From contig JAHQWG010000016.1 in NCBI GenBank assembly GCA_029856045.1, forward strand, positions 384,001-448,000: 64,000 bases of DNA, written 5' to 3'. The position numbers and the translations under genes were made by a program. The notes under the pieces are model-generated. The model saw only the letters and a program-made list of their open reading frames with translations, was not told the origin of the DNA and did not search any database. This DNA comes from Promethearchaeia archaeon (GTDB lineage Archaea; Asgardarchaeota; Lokiarchaeia; Sigyniarchaeales; SOKP01). This document shows, in pieces, positions 59,103 through 64,000 of the stretch. The number at the start of each line of letters is the position of its first letter. Position 1 is the stretch's first letter.

Positions 59103-60476
59103 TTATTGATATTCACTAATAGCTTTTTTGATTCTTAAGACAAATTCTGGAATCTTTCTAATATCTATTGAGCTATATGCGATTCTGAAGCCGTTAATTC
59201 CTTCATTAGTTTTTTCTATGGGAATTACTCCAATTTTGTATTTTTTTAGCAACAATTCAGCAAAATCAGTCGCGTTGATGGACTTTAAATTGACAAATAG
59301 AAAGAAACCACCGCGATTAGGATCAATCGAAAATTGGTCACTTTTAATTGTATTCAATTCTTGGTTAAGTAAAATATACCTTTTTTCCAACATTTTTTCT
59401 ATTTTTTTACGATGCTGTAGGGTCTTTTCAATTTCTTGACTTGAGAGTAAAGAGTTAAGAATAGTTTGGTATAAAATATTTGAATTTGAGATTGTGCTTC
59501 TTATAAAACCTGAAAATTTATTTTCTATTTCAACTTTTAACTGTTCTAATTCAAGATCAGTTTTGATCCAATTTTTATGTATTCCTATAGTTAGTGCCCC
59601 TATTCTCCCTCCATACATTAATAATTCTTTAGTTATTCCATCTAACTTGATTGGAATGATATTTTCATCCAATTGAAATAGATCATAAAATAATGAGGTT
59701 TTTATTGCGTTTATATCAAAAGTATATCCTTCATAGGCATCATCACAAAAAATAATTAACGGTTTTTTATTTTGGACTACTATTTTTTTAAATAAATTTA
59801 TTAAATCAATACCCTCCTTTCTAGTTGGAATATATCCCGTAGGATTGTTTGGAATATTCAGAATTAAAATTATTTTATCTTGTACCCTTAATACATCTTG
59901 CATTGCTTTTTCTAAGCTTTTTAAATCAATACTATCTTCTGAGAAATAGTTAAAAGATTTTATTTTTGCACCAATGTTTTTTTCTATGATATTATCATAA
60001 TTTCCCCAACGTTTATTTGGCAAAATGATGTATTCATTCTGATTTAAGAACATGCTACAACATGTAAAAATCCCATGAGTAATCCCAGGTGTAAATAGTG
60101 TTAAAGTCAGATATTTTTCGAGATCTTTTAATGATTTCTTTTTGTTATCATCTAATTGCGATTTTTTAATAACCCAATCTTTCCATCTCTTTCTACTATC
60201 AGTTAAGCCAGGAATAGAGGCATAAGGTACGACATTAGTAATATCAGTATTGAAAAATTGTTTTATATTTTGTAGATAACAAGGAACCCATCGATCTCCT
60301 CCAGCCTCAATAAAATCTTTTTCAAAACCAAATACTGCTCCGATTGTTCCACTTATTTCTGCTTCTTTTTTTGCTCTTTCAGTCCAATAAAAAATACTTC
60401 TTGGTAAGAAAATCCTTTTTCCAACTTCAGAAAATGCCTTATAAATTGGAGTATTTTTAATTGTTTCAAATTCCAT
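59103..60476 (-). CDS. Class I/II PLP-dependent aminotransferase
   Basis: WGNY, NIPNNPTG, DDAY, DGITKE...GGRIG. Confidence 0.9.
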   Translation of the reverse strand: MEFETIKNTPIYKAFSEVGKRIFLPRSIFYWTERAKKEAEISGTIGAVFGFEKDFIEAGGDRWVPCYLQNIKQFFNTDITNVVPYASIPGLTDSRKRWKDWVIKKSQLDDNKKKSLKDLEKYLTLTLFTPGITHGIFTCCSMFLNQNEYIILPNKRWGNYDNIIEKNIGAKIKSFNYFSEDSIDLKSLEKAMQDVLRVQDKIILILNIPNNPTGYIPTRKEGIDLINLFKKIVVQNKKPLIIFCDDAYEGYTFDINAIKTSLFYDLFQLDENIIPIKLDGITKELLMYGGRIGALTIGIHKNWIKTDLELEQLKVEIENKFSGFIRSTISNSNILYQTILNSLLSSQEIEKTLQHRKKIEKMLEKRYILLNQELNTIKSDQFSIDPNRGGFFLFVNLKSINATDFAELLLKKYKIGVIPIEKTNEGINGFRIAYSSIDIRKIPEFVLRIKKAISEYQ

Positions 60477-60634
60477 AATTAGCTATTCTTAGTAAGAGCA
60501 AAGTTATAAATTTTTTTTTAAATAGAAAATCCTTTATGGTTCTGTGAAGAAAATGAAAAGAAAAACAAATAAGTAAAATATGCTTATTTTTGAAAGTGCG
60601 TATTTTTAAATATATGCAAATCTAAATTATTCTT

Positions 60635-61246
60635 ATGGAAAATCAAGATTTAGATGAATTAAATAAAAAGATAAAAGAACAGTTTGATAAAATTACTGAA
60701 AACTTTAATAATCTTTTTGAAATAAAGAAAGTTAGTGAAGAGATTGAAACAAGTGATGTTAAACAAAAAGACCAAGAAGCAGGTGCGAAATCAGGAGACT
60801 TTACGAAGGTAGATATTTCAAAAAATTTTGAAGGAGAATGGAATAATTTTATATCTGGTATTCAAAACGGATTTGGAGCTTTAAAAAAAACTACGGAAGA
60901 GCAATCCAAATCTTTTTTAGAACAATCAGAAGAAAATAAAAATAAATTTAATCAATTCTTTAAAAATTTGAAAAGTAAATGGGATACACAAATTAATACT
61001 TGGCAAGATGAATTTAAGCATAAGCAAGAAAAAAATAAACTTGATTGGGAAAACAAATTGCAAAAAATTAAAGGGGACTATGATAACTGGAGAGAACAAC
61101 AAAAACAAGAATTTAAAGAAGGAGTGAGAGAATTTTCTAGAGCAAGTATAAAAGCAAGTTATCAGTTTTTAATATTTATAATACCTATTCTTATTGTTTT
61201 GATTATTATTATTTATGCAGTAGGTTCTTTATTCCCCCCACGCTAA
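60635..61246 (+). CDS. Tail-anchored amphipathic helical protein
   Basis: W/F-punctuated K/E/Q helices and a single C-terminal TM helix. Confidence 0.75.
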   Translation: MENQDLDELNKKIKEQFDKITENFNNLFEIKKVSEEIETSDVKQKDQEAGAKSGDFTKVDISKNFEGEWNNFISGIQNGFGALKKTTEEQSKSFLEQSEENKNKFNQFFKNLKSKWDTQINTWQDEFKHKQEKNKLDWENKLQKIKGDYDNWREQQKQEFKEGVREFSRASIKASYQFLIFIIPILIVLIIIIYAVGSLFPPR

Positions 61247-61378
61247 AATTAGGAAAATTCTTTGATCTTTAAGCCAAGAATTTAAATTTTTATTCTAATT
61301 TAAAAAACCTACTATTCAGTTATTATCTCTCTCTCTCGATAAAAAAAGCGTTTTGAAAGGAAAAATTTTTTAATTAGG

Positions 61379-62440
61379 TCAATACCAAAAAGGGTTCAAA
61401 ACAAAAATTATCATTAAATAAGCCAAACCACAAGCTGCGATTGATAAATAAAATACTAATAGATTATTATCAAAAATAACCCTTCTTTTAATAAATTTTA
61501 GATCTAAATTAATTGTAAAGAATTCTTTAGTTTTTAAAATCCCATAAAAAATTAAAGGTTGGAAATATCTAATAAAAGGAACACTAAAAAACATAAATGA
61601 GACCATTGCAACAATGGAAACAAATGTTATTTCTATAGGATCGGCTTTTTTTAATCTGAATATTAAAAAGAAAATAGATATAATTGCAATTGGAAGAATC
61701 TTGATATAAATAGGAGCAAATCCCACACCGGTATTCTCCCAATAAAGATAAATATTAATATAATTTTCCCAGAATAAAAAGGGTAAAATTAAAAAGCTAA
61801 ATAATATCGGAACAACTGATATTAAAAAAATTTTCATTTCTCTCCAATCTTTTTCAAAAAGATATTTTAGAAAGAAAAAAGCTACAGCAGGTAAAGGATA
61901 CCATTTTGAAACAATTGATAATGATAGAAAAAAGTAAAATATATATCGATACTTTATTTCTTTCTTGGGATAAAATATCAACGATAAAAATAAAAAGATA
62001 AAAAAGAAAGAGTCCGTAATATGGTACCCACAATTATCTAAACTAAATACATTATTTAAAAATAAAAAGGGATTTATTAAAAACAAACCAAATACATATT
62101 CTTTTTTTGGTATTTTAAAACTCTTAATAACAAAATAAAACATCAAGGTAATTAACATATCAAAAAGAAATGCCCAAAAAGCAAACACTTCAACAGATCC
62201 AAATGATAATACAATAAAAATCTCTAATAAAATCATAGATAATGGTGGATATACATACAAAGGAATGAAATTTAATTCAACATCTCCCCAACCTCTTGAT
62301 GGATCTATAACGTGTACATAATAATAGTAGATTAACATGAATATTCTTATTGCAATTCCCGTAAATATAAAAATTGGAGCCTTATAATCTAACAATTTTT
62401 CTAAAAATGATTTTTCTTCCAATTTAATTTCATTTTCCAT
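61379..62440 (-). CDS. GT-C-like polytopic glycosyltransferase (GT87/PIG-M-like)
   Basis: WGD...YVYPPL in the first loop, LINP, KWYP, about ten TM helices. Confidence 0.6.
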   Translation of the reverse strand: MENEIKLEEKSFLEKLLDYKAPIFIFTGIAIRIFMLIYYYYVHVIDPSRGWGDVELNFIPLYVYPPLSMILLEIFIVLSFGSVEVFAFWAFLFDMLITLMFYFVIKSFKIPKKEYVFGLFLINPFLFLNNVFSLDNCGYHITDSFFFIFLFLSLIFYPKKEIKYRYIFYFFLSLSIVSKWYPLPAVAFFFLKYLFEKDWREMKIFLISVVPILFSFLILPFLFWENYINIYLYWENTGVGFAPIYIKILPIAIISIFFLIFRLKKADPIEITFVSIVAMVSFMFFSVPFIRYFQPLIFYGILKTKEFFTINLDLKFIKRRVIFDNNLLVFYLSIAACGLAYLMIIFVLNPFWY

Positions 62441-62706
62441 TTATATTCCACCTAAATCGTAGATAATTTAATTTAATAAAAAATATAAATTTTTTAAATT
62501 AAAATAAATTATTCTTAAATGTTTTTAATTAAAAAGCTTACCAAATAGTTATAAGAAGGAAAAATATAATCGGTTTATGATTGATAATAATTTTTATAAG
62601 ATTTTTCTTATACAAATTATTTGATTCGTTTTTTAATTTATGAATTAATAAAATAAAAACATGATTTTTTAATTTTACAACAAATACAACAGAATGGCAT
62701 AAATTT

Positions 62707-63810
62707 TTGAAGACTTCAATTGTAGTTCCAATGTGGAATGAAGAAAAGCGGGTTGAAAAATCATATGATCAATTATATGAATATCTCTCTAAAAGTGATT
62801 TGGATATTCAAATCGTTTTTGCAACTAATGGATGCACAGATAAAACAGTTGATATTATTAAGGAATTAAAAAAAAAAGATTCAAATTTAATTCATTATGA
62901 CTACCCAGAAGCTATTGGAAAAGGTAAAGCTATACATCAAGCCTTCGAAATGGTTGAAACATCTTATGTTATTTTTATGGATTGTGATATTGCAACTGAT
63001 TTAAAACATGTACCGGAAGTTATCGAACATTTAGAGAAAGGAGCTGATGTTGTGATTGGCTCTAGAAAATTAGAAGATTCTGAGTGCAAAAGAGGTTTTA
63101 AACGTCGCGTTTTCAGTACCCTCTATAATACAATGGTTAGAACTTTTTTTAGGTCAAAGCTTAGAGATCATCAATGTGGATTTAAAGGTTTTCGAAGAGA
63201 ATCATTCTTGACCTCACTCAATGATATTGAGAGTTCTGGTTGGTTTTGGGATACAGAAATTTTAGTAAAAGCGCAAAGGAGAAATTTAAAAATTGTAGAA
63301 ATACCTGTTCATTGGGAAGATTTAGATGAACAATGGTCAAAGTTTAATCTCCTTGGGGATACAAAAAAGATGGCAGTAAATCTAATCAAATTTCGATGGA
63401 AACTGTTTGATCCATGGTTTCAGCAATTAATAAAATTTTTAATTGTTGGTGTAAGTAATACACTAGTCTCTATTTTTGTTCTCTGGCTGCTTGATTCCAC
63501 AATAGGTCGAGGCTTTTGGGGTTATCCATTTGCTTATCTTGTAGGAACTACTAACAGTTTTATATTAAATAAACTTTTTACATTTAAGAAAAAACGATTC
63601 ACGAAAATAACATTACTTCGATATTTCCTATATTTAGGGTTAGGAATTATTGCAGGAACGATTTATTCATTATCTGCGATTTTTCTCGAGGTTATTATGG
63701 GATTAAATTATATTTATGCAAGTTTTGGTGGAACAATAGTTCACTTTATAGTTCAATTTGTCTTTTACAAATTTATTGTTTTTAAAATGAAAGTAAAAAA
63801 ATGGGAGTAA
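62707..63810 (+). CDS. Dolichol-phosphate glycosyltransferase (GT2, Alg5/DPM-like) fused to a GtrA-like domain
   Basis: VVPMWNEE, GKGKA, DCD, IGSR, DHQCGFK, WFWDTE; C-terminal KFLIVG...NKLFTF. Confidence 0.88.
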   Translation: MKTSIVVPMWNEEKRVEKSYDQLYEYLSKSDLDIQIVFATNGCTDKTVDIIKELKKKDSNLIHYDYPEAIGKGKAIHQAFEMVETSYVIFMDCDIATDLKHVPEVIEHLEKGADVVIGSRKLEDSECKRGFKRRVFSTLYNTMVRTFFRSKLRDHQCGFKGFRRESFLTSLNDIESSGWFWDTEILVKAQRRNLKIVEIPVHWEDLDEQWSKFNLLGDTKKMAVNLIKFRWKLFDPWFQQLIKFLIVGVSNTLVSIFVLWLLDSTIGRGFWGYPFAYLVGTTNSFILNKLFTFKKKRFTKITLLRYFLYLGLGIIAGTIYSLSAIFLEVIMGLNYIYASFGGTIVHFIVQFVFYKFIVFKMKVKKWE

Positions 63811-63811
63811 C

Positions 63812-64000
63812 TTATTTTATACAATATCCTACTAAAGAAAGCCCAAATGGTAATTTAAAACCAGAATTTATCATTGCATTTTCTATTTTAAGAAATCTCA
63901 CAAAAATTTTTTCGAGTAAATATGGTAGATTAAAAAAATCCAATTTCGGTTCTGATTTTTTTTTCATTATTCTCATTAGTGATACTGGTAAAAATAATAA
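63812..64000 (-). CDS. C-terminus of a probable class I SAM methyltransferase (partial)
   Basis: Open frame to the window edge: LLFLPVSLMRIM...LKIENAMINSGFKLPFGLSLVGYCIK*, a tail typical of glycosylation-locus methyltransferases. Confidence 0.55.
   Translation of the reverse strand, partial: LLFLPVSLMRIMKKKSEPKLDFFNLPYLLEKIFVRFLKIENAMINSGFKLPFGLSLVGYCIK

Noticed and set aside
1393-61108. Many short overlapping or antisense ORFs in the track (e.g. 1393-1746, 3209-3427, 3589-4068, 8314-8712, 47356-47601, 58141-58635)
   Set aside because: They are shadows of well-supported genes and have no motifs of their own.
1-64000. CRISPR arrays, rRNA, IS elements, integrases, proviral genes
   Set aside because: No regularly spaced repeats, long GC-rich structural RNA, or transposase/integrase motifs seen by eye.

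Overview
AT-rich archaeal chromosomal segment, most likely from an Asgard archaeon (Lokiarchaeia). This is inferred from a near-eukaryotic actin, two gelsolin-domain genes, a Rab-like GTPase, a eukaryote-type PPP phosphatase and many Zn-ribbon proteins, alongside archaeal core genes (Hef, Rpo6, EF-1beta, archaeal TyrS, RIO2, Lsm, Clp1, intron-containing tRNA). It holds about 58 coding regions, one tRNA-Val(CAC) with a 29-nt intron and two short gene remnants. I see no CRISPR array, rRNA, transposase or integrase. The strongest candidate for an undescribed system is a translationally coupled pair: a circularly permuted ATP-grasp ligase and an M14-type Zn carboxypeptidase (50767-53323), which could add and remove a peptide tag. 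Next are a gelsolin-like domain fused to four transmembrane helices (34908-35684) and a two-domain gelsolin with a C-terminal Zn ribbon that is also encoded as a stand-alone gene next door, facing a long coiled coil (56342-58979). All calls come from motif recognition by eye; no database searches were run.
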